NCBI RefSeq assembly: GCF_009914755.1
Contig: NC_060942.1
Strand: one strand, 5' to 3'
Origin: the human T2T-CHM13v2.0 reference genome, Homo sapiens
Length of the DNA: 64,000 nt
How positions within the stretch are numbered: the stretch's first letter is position 1; each line of letters starts with the position of its first letter. A model generated the notes under the pieces. That model ran no database searches. It was given only the letters and a program-made list of their open reading frames with translations, and was not told the origin of the DNA. The position numbers and the translations under genes were made by a program. Positions 12,401 through 25,661 of this stretch are shown here, one piece after another.

Positions 12401-13999
12401 AAAAGACTGTATCTTTCCTTTATTTATGAAGCTTAGTTTCACTGGTTACGAAATTCTTGACTGATAATTGTTTTCTTTAAGGAGGCTAAAGATAGGGCCC
12501 CAATCCATTCTAGTTTGTAGGGTTTCTGCTGATAAATTTGCTCTTACTCTGATAGGTTTTTCTTTATAGGTTACCTGGTGCTTTTGCCTCACAGCTCTTA
12601 AGATTCTTTCCTTCTTCTTGACTTTAGATAACCTGATGACTATTTCCTAGGAAATGAAATTTTTGTGATGAATTTCCCATGTGTGACTTGAGCTTCTTAT
12701 ATTTGGATGTCTAGATCTCTAGCAAGGCCAGAGAAGTTTTCCTTGATTACTTGCCCAATTATCTTTTCCAAATTTTTAGATTTCTCTTTTTTTCCTCAGG
12801 AATGCCAATTATTTTAGGTTTGGTTATTTAACATAATCCCAAACTTCTTGGAGGCTTTGTTCATTTTTTTAATTATTCTTTTTTCTTTGTCTTTGTTGGA
12901 TTGGATTTTTTTGAAAACATTGTCTTTGAGTTCTGAAATTCTTTCTTCTGCTTATTCAATTCTATTGCTGAGACTTTCCTGTATATTTTGCATTTCTCTA
13001 AGTGAGTCCTTTACTTCCTGAAGTTGTGATTGTTTTTTATTTATGCTATTTCACTGAAGATTTCTTCCCTCATATTTTGTATCTTTTTTTTTAAATTTAC
13101 TTAATTTGGACTTCACCTTTCTTTGGTGCCTCCTTGATTAGCTTAACAATCAACCTTCTGAATTCTTTTACTGTCAGTTAAGGGATTTCTTCTTGGTTTG
13201 GATCCATTGCTGGTAAGCTAGTGTGATTTTTTTCGGGGTGTTAAAGTACCTTGTTTTGTCATATTACCAGAATTGTTTTTCTGGTTCCTTCTCATTTGGG
13301 TGGGCTATGTCAAAGGGAAGATCTGGGTCTCCAGGCTGCTGTTCACATTGTTTTGTCCTATGGGGTGCTCCCTTTATGTAGTACTCTATCTCTTTTCCTA
13401 AAGATGTGGCTTCCTGAGAACCTAACTGTGGTGACTGTTATTTCTCTTCTTAATCTAGCCACCCAGCAGGGCTACCAGGCTCCAGGCTGGTACTGGGGGT
13501 ATCTGCACAGAGTCGTGTGATGTGAACTGTCTTCAGGTCTCTCAGTTGTGGATACCAGCACCTGCTCCAGTGGAGGTGGCAGGGGAGTGAAATGGACTCT
13601 GTTGAGGGTTCTTAGCTGTATTATTGTTGTTTATTGCACCAGTTTTGTGCTGGTTGTCCTCCTGCCAGGAGGTGGTGCTTTCAAGAGAGCATCAGCTGTG
13701 GTAGTATAGGCAGGATCAGGCAATGGGCAAGGCCAGTATTTGGGTTGTCTCTCGGGTCCTAAAGGAGCAATCAGCTTCCTTCTAAGGGCCTGTGGATTCT
13801 CTTGGCTTTCCTGGTATACTCCTGCAGTAGTTTTTGGAGCAAAAATTCATGATGCGAGTCTCCATAAACTGCTCTGGCTGTCTGAGTGGGAGCTGCAATT
13901 TAGTCCTGCCTCCTATCCATTTTATATTCTTTCTCTTCAGCTTTTTCCTTTTTAAATAAAACTGTTTTACTTTTCTTATTGATTAAGAAAGTATTTCCC

Positions 14000-15050
14000 A
14001 AACCTGTTTTCAGGTTTTTTTGTTGGTGATGTATTGAAAATATATTTCCACAATCTGTGGCTTTCCTTTCCCCTGTTTTAAGGTTAAATTTCAATGATTA
14101 AAAAAATTAACGTAGCAAAACTTATCCATCTTTCTCTGCTTTTTATTGTTTTCTAGATCTTCTTTTAAAAATATTTTCTATCTGGAGATAATAAAGATTA
14201 TTCTATATTTGTAACAGATTTATTATTTTGATTTTCTTCCTTAGGTCTACTATGAACATAAATTGATTTTGTGTGTGTGCATGAAGTAAGGTAGAGGATA
14301 GTTTTTTCTTTTTTCCAGTATGGATAGCGAACAGTTCAGGCATCATTTCTCAAAAAGACTATCTTTCTCTCCCACTTCTGCAGTGCCACCTTTATCATAA
14401 ATCAAGTGTCCATGGTCACTGGGATCTGTTTCTATTCTGCTTTACTTGGTTCTTCTGTCTTTGTGCCAGGACCGCACTTTAATTTCTGTAGCTTTATGTT
14501 AAATGCTGGCAGTATAGCAGGTCCTCTCTTCTCAACTCTTCCAGAGTTTCTTCACTATTTTCTATCATTGTACTTCATATACATTTTAGAATCAACCTTT
14601 CAAGCTCCACCAAAAAATAGTTTATATTAAATAAAAAGTTCAGATTTTGACTAAAATTGCACACTGGAACTACGAGTCAATTTGACAACATTTACAATAT
14701 TGAATCTACCAATCCATAAACATGGTTTATCCCCTCTCCCCATTTCTTTGGATATTTCTTTCACTACAGTTTTATAGTTTCTTTTTTTGGTCAAAACGTG
14801 CATACTTTAGGACGTAATATTCCTAAATACTTAATAATGTATCTCTAGATTCTTCTGCATTCTCTAAATATTCAAACACAATAATAACATTTTTATTTTG
14901 TCCTTTCAATTCTTAAAACTTTATTATTCTGTCTTATTGCCCTGGCCAAGACTTCCAGTGCAATGCTGAACAGAACCAGATATAGCAGGCATCTTTCTTT
15001 TTAGTCAATCTCAAGGAAAGCACTTGATGTCTCTAAACAGATACTCTTCC
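14000..15050 (-). mobile_element. Old L1M fragments
   Basis: Degenerate antisense ORF2 motifs, e.g. cttattgccctggccaagacttccagtgcaatgctgaa and aatattgaatctaccaatccataaacatgg. Confidence 0.65.
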
Positions 15051-16501
15051 TTGAATTAAAAACAGCCCTACTATTAAATATTTCAGTCTTTAAAAAAATC
15101 AATTAAAAGAAGAGGGTAATATGTACTTCACAAGATTGTTTTATGTATTTAAAAAGATACTTTACATATAGTGTCTGGTGTAGATATCGCCTTAAAAATG
15201 GAAGCTTGTCTTATTACTAAGTCTTGAGTGGTGAGGACCATGGGCAAGGGAAAGTCCCCTTCAGAATAACCAAAAGATGTGAGTACAGCAAATTATATCT
15301 GATATGTTCATTCTATTTTGAAATTAATTATAAAGGAAGACAATCTCTCTTTGTAACTAAAACCAGACTTCATGTCCCAGTTCCCTACCCCACACTCTAA
15401 CCTGAGGTGCTCATAAAGGTGAAGGTTACGAGGCTAAGGTGGGACTGTGAATTCATGTCACACTGCACTGCAGGGCTCTGGACTGCTCACACGTACATTT
15501 CACCCTGTTATTCCTGAGGCGTTTTTGGTTTGCAAAAACAATGGAAAGGCAGAAAGTGACCTAGTTGGAGTTGGGAGAGGCGGGAAAAACGTTCTCAGCA
15601 TAGTTTTGAAGATCATCTCCTCCTCCATAGGTGAGCCACAGACACAGATGCTAGTTGTATCGGAAGTTGGCAGATGTTCTAAAGAAGAGGGTGAAGGATG
15701 AAGAGGTGGGAGCTTCTGTTCTAGGCTAGGCTGTGATGTTCCTACTTGCTCTTTTAAATATATTCTTTCTTCAGTCAGTAGCTCACAGAAATAACAATGG
15801 CCTCAAACACCCACTCTCCCTCCTCACATCTGCCTAACCTTCTATCCTTCTTAAAAGTAATGTGTTTCACTGCTTTGGGAAATTTTGAAAGAAAACGAGG
15901 CTTTTCAACCCCAATTTAAAAATTATTGACCATGTTCTACCAAGTGTTCACACTCTCAATCCCCAATAGAGACTAAATATAAATTTCCTGAAAAGCAAAA
16001 ATGTATACTGTGTGATTCAGGTATATATACCTGAATATATGTGCATATATACCTGAATCTGTGATAATATAAAAGACAGGCAGTATGAACTGGGACTATA
16101 AAGAGTTGAGAAAAGGGTTGCTTGTGGTGTCTATTAGGGACGAAACACTAACAATACTTGGAATAATTTTCTATGAGGAGTAAGTGAAGAGCCAAAATTA
16201 GAAGTGAATTGCAGATCATAACCATGAATAGTGGAATGGCGTTGCCATTAACAAACATGAGGAACCCTGGAGGCGACGTGAGTTTGGGAGGCCAAATTCT
16301 GAATGTAATTTAGGGCATGCTGCATTGGAATCAAGAGGCTATTAGGTAAAGACACAAAAGTGACTATAGGGCTATTTTGAGAGAATGTATCAAGATCATA
16401 CATATATGTAAATATATGTCTATACATATATGTGAGTGTATGGGTACACACATGGCTAAACATAAAACCAGTGATCTTGATGAATAGACCTTATCAGTTT
16501 A

Positions 16502-17042
16502 CAGCAGGTCCTAGGATAAGGTTGTTTCATAACAATATTGATGAGAAAAAACAAACTGGTTCCTGACCAGGACCACTGTCTGTGTGGAGTTTGCACATTC
16601 TCCTCGCATCTCTGTGGGCTTTCTTCTGGTTACCTCCCACATCCCAAAGCTGTGTGAGTGAGTATGGGGTGTGTGTGACTGAGTGGCCCTGCAAGGGTGG
16701 TATCCTGTCCAGGCCTGGCCCCGCCTTACACCCTGATCTGCCAGGACAGGCTCGGCCACCTATGACTCTGAACTGAAACATTTGGGTATTAATGATCTTT
16801 CTTGTTTTTCTTAATCTTTCTTAAATGTGTGTATAGCTCACATTTATTTCAATGTTTAAAATTAGAAGTGTTTTGGCCTTTATTTAGAAATTTGTTGATG
16901 TTTTTGTGACCAGACATACACCACAGGAACTAAACTTTTGTTTATATCAATTAGCCTATGGAAAATTGGTTTCATTATACATTGTTTCATGTAAAGTCGC
17001 GCTTTCCAAGAGCCTATGAATGAGGTTAAGTGAGTCCTGCTG
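16502..17042. mobile_element. MER6A-like TcMar-Tigger element
   Basis: TA|cagcaggtcc ... agtcctgctg|TA termini and the characteristic ccactgtctgtgtggagtttgcacattctcc. Confidence 0.85.
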
Positions 17043-17064
17043 TATTTTATTGATTTACTCATTT

Positions 17065-17200
17065 TCAGTGTGTATCTCCCTCCACTGGAATGTGAGGCCA
17101 TGACAGCAGGGTATTGTCTGGATTTGTCCAAAGCACCCAGAACAATGCCTGGCAGAGAGTAGTCATTTAGTTTCCAAATATTCCAGATCTATGAATATTA
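17065..17200 (+). mobile_element. L2 3' end fragment
   Basis: ctccctccactggaatgtgaggccatga...gcacccagaacaatgcctggca. Confidence 0.6.
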
Positions 17201-17446
17201 ATTAAGGGCATAGAAAACCATATTTGTTACATTTTCAAACATCATAGTCCATTTCTTTACAGGATACACATTTGTTCTTAAAGAACTTGGAACCTAGGAA
17301 AATAAATTCTAGGGTTTTTTTATTTCAATAACAAAGAGTAAATACGTAACCTATGCTGTATATAATAATTTAACAAAATATGCCTTTAGAGGCAAGATAC
17401 AAACACATCCAGTGTGAAGTCTCTGTCTGTGCTATTTGCTTTCCAG

Positions 17447-17536
17447 ACAGATTTTTCTCTCTTAGTAAATTCTCTGACCAAGGTATATACCATCATGTAC
17501 ATTAATAATAACTTCACGCCCATCCTCCACCACCAG
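17447..17536 (+). pseudogene. Pseudo-exon just before the stalk (open, 90 nt)
   Basis: tttgctttccag| ... CAG|gttatt, phase 0/0. Reads TDFSLLVNSLTKVYTIMYINNNFTPILHHQ, cf. the dynein N.TP..Y motif. Confidence 0.65.
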
Positions 17537-18427
17537 GTTATTATCTTAAGACATAATTTATTAATCAAATGGATAATAAGCATTCCATTTTTTGTTTTCA
17601 ATTGCTTTTACCTTTGAGTTAGCTATATGTCATTGATGCCAATATATTTGGACATAAGAAATCTTAGCCTTTTTTATTCAGTATAAATCTTGAAAATATG
17701 TTTTTGAAACAACTCTATCAGTATCTAAAATCATTCAGCAAGTCTAACTTCTTAACGTTTTCTTCCAACAGCATGGCACTATTGTTCAAAATTAGTCCTA
17801 TAAACTAGGTTCTACAGGAAAGTCATTTAAGATTCTTGAAAAGGGAGCAATTGGGGTATTGTCATGGCAGGACTTAGCCTGAAGTTATCTAAAGGGCAGA
17901 TAAGTTATTTGGGAGATCAACACATTAAATTTCACTTTTATCATCAAATATGTTTGGACACCATTTCCTGAAATATTTTTATGTTGCCTAAAACTTAAGA
18001 TCTACCCCAAGTTAAAGCTGTTCTGCAAAATGGAGTACAAGGACAGCTTAAATGATGTTACTAATATTCTCTGTTTTGAATGGGGGGTTCATTCTGCTAA
18101 AACCACTGATCAAATTGAATACTAATATGTTGCAATGCGCTTAATGGGCTCAAAGTAAACGTATGTTGAATTAATAATCAAAAGTATCTGTTGTAACTTC
18201 TTTGCATAATGTTAATAAAATTGTTAGAGAAAGCAGATAAGCAAGCTCCCATACCTAGTGAGAAAATTCTCAGCAGCAGTGAAATGATGCAGAAGCTGGA
18301 AGCAGAAGGTTAAAGAAATTATGATATTCTGTAAACTATAACTGTTACCTATTTTACTTTTATATTATGGGATGTTTACAGTAGTAAACATTATTATTAT
18401 TATTAGCCTATAATATACAGTATATCT

Positions 18428-18606
18428 AGGCAACGGCCCATGATCTAAGAATTGCTTTTACATTTTTAAATTGGTATTAGAAAAAGAAGAAAGGAGGAGA
18501 AAGAGGAGGAGGAGGGTGCAGTTTTACCAATAAAGACCACATGTGGTCCACAAAGCCTAAAATGTTTGCTATCTGTCCCTTTGCAGAAGAAGTTTGCCAA
18601 CTCCTA
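18428..18606. mobile_element. MER58-like hAT element
   Basis: gaccacatgtggtccacaaagcctaaaatgtttgctatctgtccctttgcagaagaagtttgccaactcct. Confidence 0.75.
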
Positions 18607-19209
18607 ATCTAGAAAATTGTAGCCTTCAAATGTGCCAATGTAGTTGTACATTTTTTTAGTGAAATATGTCCACAGTATATTAAACTGAAAAATCAAGTTA
18701 ACGATACTTGTAAAAAGGTATATAAAGACATATACACAATATAGATACACATATTCATATATATATACACACACATATTCCATGTACATAAATATATATG
18801 GAAAAAGTATAGTATAGATACGGTTGTTAAAACTGATTTTCTTTGAATGATAAAATTATGAGAAATTGTAATTTTTTTTCCAAATCAATTCTTCTCTTAG
18901 TTTTTAGTATAGTAAGAATAAAGGATTTTCTTTTTTGCTACATGAGGGTTGATAATATGCACATATACCTCTCAATAAGAGGAGTGATGCTTGAAGAAAA
19001 AGCAGGAAAGCTGGTCATGTAGGCAGTAAACACCTGACTCCAATGCTGGCTGTTTATGTTGATAACAAAAATTGAAGCAAATGCGGAGTCTTTGAGTTTC
19101 ATTATGTCCATTGTGTGATGGCTGCAGGGTACAAAGATACACAGTCCCTTCTCTCCTAGACCCCCTTGACTGTACTTTGAGAGGTTTCTTTTTTGTCTTT
19201 ATTTTCTAG

Positions 19210-19838
19210 TGGGCCAGGGAACACTCTTAGCTTTTGCTAGACACTGCCTAATAGCAACATGAGGCTCAAGCAACCAAGTGCCACAATGCAGGTGGGCTAT
19301 TCAGTAACCGTACAGTCTTTCACATGAAAGCATTACCCTTCCAGAGATCCATCCCTGTGGTAGAAGTGGTGCACAACCAGGAAAAACTCAGTCAGGAGTT
19401 CCAAGCACCCCACAGCCTCCTGGTGGTGGCAGAAAACTATCAATAGGAAGGCAACTACACCAGCAGGGCCTTCGATGGCTCCAACACTTTATCAAGCAAG
19501 ATATGCTCAAAAGCTTGGCTGTTCCTGCAACAGGAGGCTGCCGGCAGGGTGCGCGGGGCAGTGTACAGGAGTACCATGGTCAGCATGATATCCTCAAACA
19601 GACTGCTACCTCTCACGGAGGAACTGGTGCAGCTGATTACCTATGTGTTTGAGAATTCTTTTAAATATATGTTTCTGATCTGCCATTATTGTTTCATACT
19701 ATTCTTCATCTATAAACCAAGGTTATCATGGTTTATAGATGCTTCTGTAAGCCAAGTTAGAGACCTAATGCTCTTTAAGGGCCTCCAGCTACAGACACTT
19801 ATTGTCATCATCTGCCAAATGCCTTCAACAATCGAAAG
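19210..19838 (+). pseudogene. Large pseudo-exon: short stalk + start of AAA5-like domain
   Basis: ttttttgtctttattttctag| ... AAG|gtttaa. Reads WAREHS*LLLDTA**QHEAQATKCHNAGGL...GAVYRSTMV...VFENSF...KPRLSWFIDASVSQV.../DTYCHHLPNAFNNRK. Contains ORF 19549-19878. Cf. dynein GPF...YR, S.ENA, RWPL.IDPQGQ and DY.R.LENAI.FG. Confidence 0.75.
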
Positions 19839-20058
19839 GTTTAACTATTATAACTTTGCTTTCCCTTTAAAATTCTAACTTAAAGCTTTGTCTTTGTTTA
19901 ACTGGTTTTCTTCTGAATATAGAAATATAGTGAAAAGAGAGAAAATATGCTAGTTTCTATCTCTAAAAAAAAATGGGTTGTTCTATTGCTTGGAGGTTGG
20001 TTCTTTAAATGACTCTGATCACTGACAGTACAGAAATCATGTTTTTCAATTTTTGCAG

Positions 20059-20154
20059 CTTTTAGATGTATGTGAACTTCTAAAGTTATTGCAGAGTGAA
20101 CCAGTAAGATCGCTAATGGATTTTTATCACTTTATTGAGGAGATACGATATTTG
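20059..20154 (+). pseudogene. Pseudo-exon (AAA5-like, open, 96 nt)
   Basis: tttttgcag| ... |gtgcat, phase 0/0. Reads LLDVCELLKLLQSEPVRSLMDFYHFIEEIRYL. Confidence 0.65.
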
Positions 20155-20439
20155 GTGCATGTTTAGAAATAGTTGATATGTGTCTTCATACATATAAATT
20201 TGCATAAATTTGTGGAAATCTTAAATGTTTGGCACAGAAGGACTTTACATGATAATCTTTCAAAAGCCACAGTTACAGTCTCACAAATTAAAAGATCTAA
20301 TAAAAGAAAAATTTAAACTTAAACAAAACTCTCAATTTCTGCAGGGCAATAGAAGATCAAAACACTGCTTTTCTTTTTACAATAGAGAAAAACTGAATTA
20401 CTTAATCAGACACTGCTGATTGTTTTTATCGGCTGATGT

Positions 20440-20568
20440 TTTTATCGGCTAAGTCTTGTTTGCAAGCTATAGAAATCACTCTACTTAGCTTAGCATAAGG
20501 ACATTTGTTGGAAGAATAATTCAGCCTTGCAGACTTGGTAGAGGAATGGCAGAATCAAAAGGAAACTG
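20440..20568. mobile_element. Old MLT1-type LTR fragment (continues at ~25020-25330 after the L1 insertion)
   Basis: tgcaagctatagaaatcactctacttagcttagc is MLT1-like. aggaaactg is duplicated on both sides of the intervening L1. Confidence 0.45.
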
Positions 20569-21201
20569 GAGGCATTTTTGCTTCCAACCAATATGGAATA
20601 TACAAGACCAGATTTACCTTCCTGCCAGAAATATTCACAAAACAAACAAAATATATGAAAGCATGGTTTTCTAATCGCTTAGATGTCAGGCCATCAAGGA
20701 CGTTTCTAAGAGGCAGGAAACAAATGAGGTAAGTCCCATGATTGTCCCAGCTTACAGCTAAAGAGAGTTTCCAGGTCACAGTGCAGGGAAGGGGAAATGC
20801 AAGTAAACCCTCTAGATTGAGGAAACAAATCTCAGAGTCCAGGGAGAAAAAGGCAGCTAGAGTTCACAGGACAAAGTGCAGGAGAGGAGAGATCTTTCAG
20901 AGAGACAACGCCAGAAATTTTCACAGGGTCCTCTGAGTATGCAGCTGAGTACTCATGAAGGCAAGCATATGAGATTTGATGAAGGCATGCATGTGAGGAG
21001 ATTATCTGAGGGCAGCGAAGGAATTATCAGAAAGGATTGGAGAGGACACCACCTGAGCCAGGAACAGTGACATTTCTGACTGAGTGAAAACCTCTTGAGT
21101 AGGTATGTAGAACATTTTGCCTCAGTGGTGAAGAATAATAAACCATAGACTGAGCTCTGCTCTGGTCCAGGTTTACAACTCATAGAAGTAAGATTCAAAC
21201 G

Positions 21202-21415
21202 CAGGGATCAAGCCTGTGGGCCAACTCCAGTGTGTGGTCTATTTTTGTATGGCCTGCAAGCCAAGAATGTTTTGTTTATTTTTAATTTTTATTATTTTTG
21301 ACTTGTAAAAAAGTTGTAAGAAAATAAAATATAAAGAAAAATATTCAATAGGGACCAAGTATGGCCAACAAAGCTTAATATCCATTTGTCTCTTTATAGA
21401 GAAAGTTAACTTACG
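21202..21415. mobile_element. MER58-like element
   Basis: cagggatcaagcctgtgggcc...tttttgtatggcctgcaagccaagaatg...tatggccaacaaagcttaata. Confidence 0.7.
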
Positions 21416-22674
21416 CATGCTCAAACTTTTCAAGCAGCTTAACTACCTCACAGAATGAAGCTAAAGAATACTTACATAAAAAGATAAATATACAAAGTTC
21501 AGCACAGTAAATTCACAAAGACTGGCATCCAACAAAAAATTGCAAGTCATACAACGAAACAAGAAAATATGACCAATAATATGGAGAAATAAATTAATAA
21601 AAAATGACCCAGAACTGACATGGATGTTAAAAGGGAACATTATAGCAGTTACTTTAATGTGGTTCATATGTTCAAATAATGTTTTCTTTTTTAAATCCAA
21701 ATTGAACTTCTAAATAGAAAACTGAACTGAATCTGTGAGATAAAACACAAACTGGAAAGGATTAAAGGCAGATTAGATACTATATAAGAAAATATTTGTA
21801 AACTTGAAGCTACAGCAAGAGAAATCTTCCAAAATGAAATACAGTGAGAAACAGGGGATGTGGGAGGAGAAGAACATGAGCACACTGTGGGACAACACAC
21901 CATCTAATAATGTGTTCTTGGAGTCCCCAAAAGAGACGAAAAATAGAGGGACAGAAATTAAAAAAAAACTGCTAAAATTTTCAAATGTGATGAAAGCAAT
22001 AAATCTACACATTTAAGTTCAAAGAACCCCAAATGAAATAAATAGGAATAAAACAACACTAAGACACATCATAATCAAAATGTTCAAAACCAGTGATTAA
22101 GAGACCACATTAAAAGCATTCAGATGTAATGAGTAGAAAACAAATAGCAAGATGAAGGATTTAATCCTAATTATATCAATAAAACATTACATGTAAATGG
22201 CCTAGATAACACAATTAAAAGATTTGAATATGAAATAAAAGAGTCAAGACAATTTAAATATAAATACATAAAGGTTTAAAGTAAAAGGATAAAAAAAGAC
22301 AACATGCCAACAGTAGTCAAAAGAAACCTGAAGTCGCTATATTAATATCTGACAAAGTAGACTTCAAAAAGTATTACCAATGATAAAGCAAGCTATTTCA
22401 TAATAATAGGATAATTCATGAAGAGTGTATATTAATCCCCATGGCTATATACCTAACAGTTTTTAAATACATAAAGCAAAAATGAATAGAACTAAAAAGA
22501 AGAATAGATAAAAAATTAACTTAAAGAAACATAGCTCCAAATAGAAAACCTAAAACTGTAGAACTGTAGAACTATAGTTCTATAAAACTATATGACAGAA
22601 ATTATAGGACAAAACTGTGGATTAAGCAAATATTTTTAGCTATGACACAAAAATCACAATTTATTAGAAGAATA

Positions 22675-23875
22675 GATCTCAAAAGCATAGGCAACAAAAG
22701 TAAAAATAGACAGATTACATCAAGCTAAAAAGCTTCCACACAGCAAAAGAAATAATCACAAGGTAAACAGACAACCCAAAGAATGGGAGAAAATATTTGC
22801 AAACTATCCACCTGATAAGGGATTAATGACCAGAATATATAAGGAACTCAATTCAATAGCAACAACAACAAAAACCCCTCAAATATTAACAAATGAGCAA
22901 AAGACCTGAATGGACATTTCTCAAAGGAAGACAAACAGATGGTCAACAGGTATGTGAAAATTGATCAACATCACTCATGAGAAAAACGCAAATCAAAACC
23001 ACAATAAAATATTATCTCACCGTAGTTAACTGGCTTTCATCAAAAAGACAGAGAATAACAAATGCTGGCCAGGATGTAGAGAAAGAGGAACCTTTGTACA
23101 CTGTTGGTGGGAATGTAGGTTAGCATAGCCACTACGGATAATGGTATGGAGGTTCCTCAAAAACTAAAAATAAAACTACATGTGATCCAGAAATTCTACT
23201 ACTTGGTATATATCCAAAAGAAAAGAAATCAATCTATTGAAGAGATAAACACACTCCCATGATTATTGCAGCACTATTCACAATAGGCAAAATGTGTCTA
23301 TTGATGGACAAATGGATATAGAAACTGTGGCACATACATAAAAGGGAATATTACTCAGCCATAAAAAGAATGAAATCCTATTATTTGCAGCAACACAAAT
23401 AAAACTGGAGGTCATTATGTTAAGTGAAAGACAATTATCACATGTTCTTACATGTGGGAGCTAAAAATGTGGATTTCATGAAGATAGAGAATAGATTGAT
23501 GGTTACCAGATACCAGGAAGGGTAGGGAAAAGAGATGAATAAAGAGAGGTTGATTAATGGTTACACATATAGTGTTTGATAGAAGAAATAAGAACTGGTG
23601 TTCAATGTATCAATAGGGCGGCTATAGTTAACATTAATCTATTGTACATTTCAAACACATAGAAGAGAATAATTCAAATGTTCCTAGCATACAGAAAAGA
23701 TAAATATTTAAGGTGATGAATACCTCAATTACCCCAATTTGATTATATGAATGTATCAAATGATCACATGTACCTTGAAAATATGGACATCTATTATGTA
23801 TCAATACAAATTAAATTGTATAAGCCTATAATTAAATTATAAAAAATAAATAAATACAAATAAATGTTTCAAAAG
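22675..23875 (+). mobile_element. 5'-truncated L1MA nested in older L1M
   Basis: ORF2 3' end plus L1MA-type 3' UTR and A-rich tail. TSD agaagaata on both sides. Confidence 0.8.
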
Positions 23876-25527
23876 AGAAGAATACTTGCTAAACTGGAGT
23901 TAATCAAAAGTAAAAACTTTTACTTTAGACACTTAACAGAGTAAAAAGGCACAAGCTGTAAGAAAGTCTTTGCAAATCATATATTTAATTTGAAAAAAGC
24001 CAAACTTCTACCCAGAATATATACAGAACTCAAAACCCTAAAAACCCCATAACCCAATAAAAAAATGGGACAATGATTTGAACAGGCACTCCTTAAAGAA
24101 TAATATATGGGAGGATAAGCACATAAAATATACTCAACATTATTAGTCATTATATCAATTCAAATTAAAACCACAATGAGTCAACCTTGTACACTTTGTA
24201 GACTGGCTAAAGTTAATAAGATTAACCATACCAAGTATTGGGAAAGCTGTGAGGACCTGGAACTTTTGTATACTGCTGGTGGGAATGTAAACAGCACAAC
24301 CATTTTGGAAAACAATTAGGCTGGTTTTAAATTTTTAAAAAACAGACATACCATATGATGTAGCCATTCCATTCGTAGGTATTTATCCAAGAGAAACGAA
24401 AGCACGTGCCTGTATAAAATGTAGTCCATAAACGATCATAACAACTTCATTTTTAATATCCTAAAACTTGAAATAAAAATCCAAATTTCTATCAACAGGC
24501 GAATGTATAAACAAACTATTATGTATTTATACAATAGTATCATACCCAGCAATAAAAAGGAATAAACTACAGACACACACCAAAACATGGATGGATTTCA
24601 AAATGCTTATATTGAGTAAAAGAAGAAAGAGAAAAACACACTCATATTGTATGATTCTATTCATACAAGATTTCAGCACATGCAAAATACACAGAAGTGA
24701 CAGAGAGCAGATCAGATGCAAAATGATCAAAAAGCAGATTAAATAATTTCAGCACATGCAAAATAATCAAAAAGGCAGAGAGCAGATCACATGGAAAATA
24801 ACAAAAAGTGACATCGAGCAGAGCAGTGGTTGCCTGGAACTAGGAGACCAGGGAGTCAACACAGGGTGCAACAAAACTTTGGGGAAGATGGATACTGATT
24901 GCTGTGATGGTTCCACGAGTGTCTATATGTCAGAACTTATAAAATGCATATTTAAAATATGTGCACTGTATTGTATGTTTATCATACCTCATTAAGATGT
25001 TAACAAAATAGAGGAAACTGCCAGATTTAGCTTGGAAACTGGTCAATGAACAAGACTCAGGAAGCAGGAAACAGGGCTGTCTCAAAGGCAGCAACAGGAC
25101 AAGCCACCATTGGCACGTTGCCACTGCAAGATGAGTGTGTCACTCACTGCAGCATCCCACGAGAGAGATTCTGAGTAGTTCAGCTGCTCTCACAAGCCAC
25201 TCCCAGTGACGCCTCATTACACCCATAGGCAGTGGACACATGGAATGAGCCTCCCTTCAAAACCATACAAAATGCGGGGAAAGATAATTCTCCTAAAGTA
25301 AACTGGGGAGGATGTTTGGAAATCTATGCAAGAAAGACAAAAACAGCAGTAACACTAGCTATATAAGGCTTTGGAGATTTTGTTGTCATTGTCCGAGTAT
25401 TCATGCTTCTATCTCTTGTGAAGTTGTGAGCAATAGAGAAACTATTTAATAATTCACTTCTGTTATTTTTTCTACCTAGTTATTGAAATGCTTACATTAT
25501 CATTTAGTACGATTTTATTTTATGTAG

Positions 25528-25560
25528 AATTTCTGCTATGAGACAGAACACCCTCTGCTT
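25528..25560 (+). pseudogene. 33-nt pseudo-microexon (AAA5-like)
   Basis: ttttattttatgtag| ... |gtgagt, phase 0/0. Reads NFCYETEHPLL, cf. NFRLY.TT..NPHY. Confidence 0.6.
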
Positions 25561-25581
25561 GTGAGTGTGTGTGTATTTATA

Positions 25582-25661
25582 TTAGGTTGGTACAAATGTA
25601 AGTGCAGGTTTTGCCTTTACTTTTAAATGGCAAAACCCACAATTACGTTTGCACCAACCTA
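25582..25661. mobile_element. MADE1 mariner MITE
   Basis: 80-bp near-palindrome ttaggttggtacaaa...tttgcaccaaccta. Confidence 0.93.

Larger units (their letters stand above)
20569..25010 (+). mobile_element. Old L1M (L1MC/MD-like), internally deleted, with nested MER58 and L1MA
   Basis: L1M 5' region, then ORF1/ORF2 remnants (aatatctgacaaagtagacttca) and an L1M 3' UTR. Flanked by aggaaactg direct repeats. Confidence 0.75.

Noticed and set aside
19549-19878. 109-aa ORF as a standalone small gene
   Set aside because: It is the longest stop-free stretch of the 19210-19838 pseudo-exon. It starts at GTG and runs through the donor into the intron.
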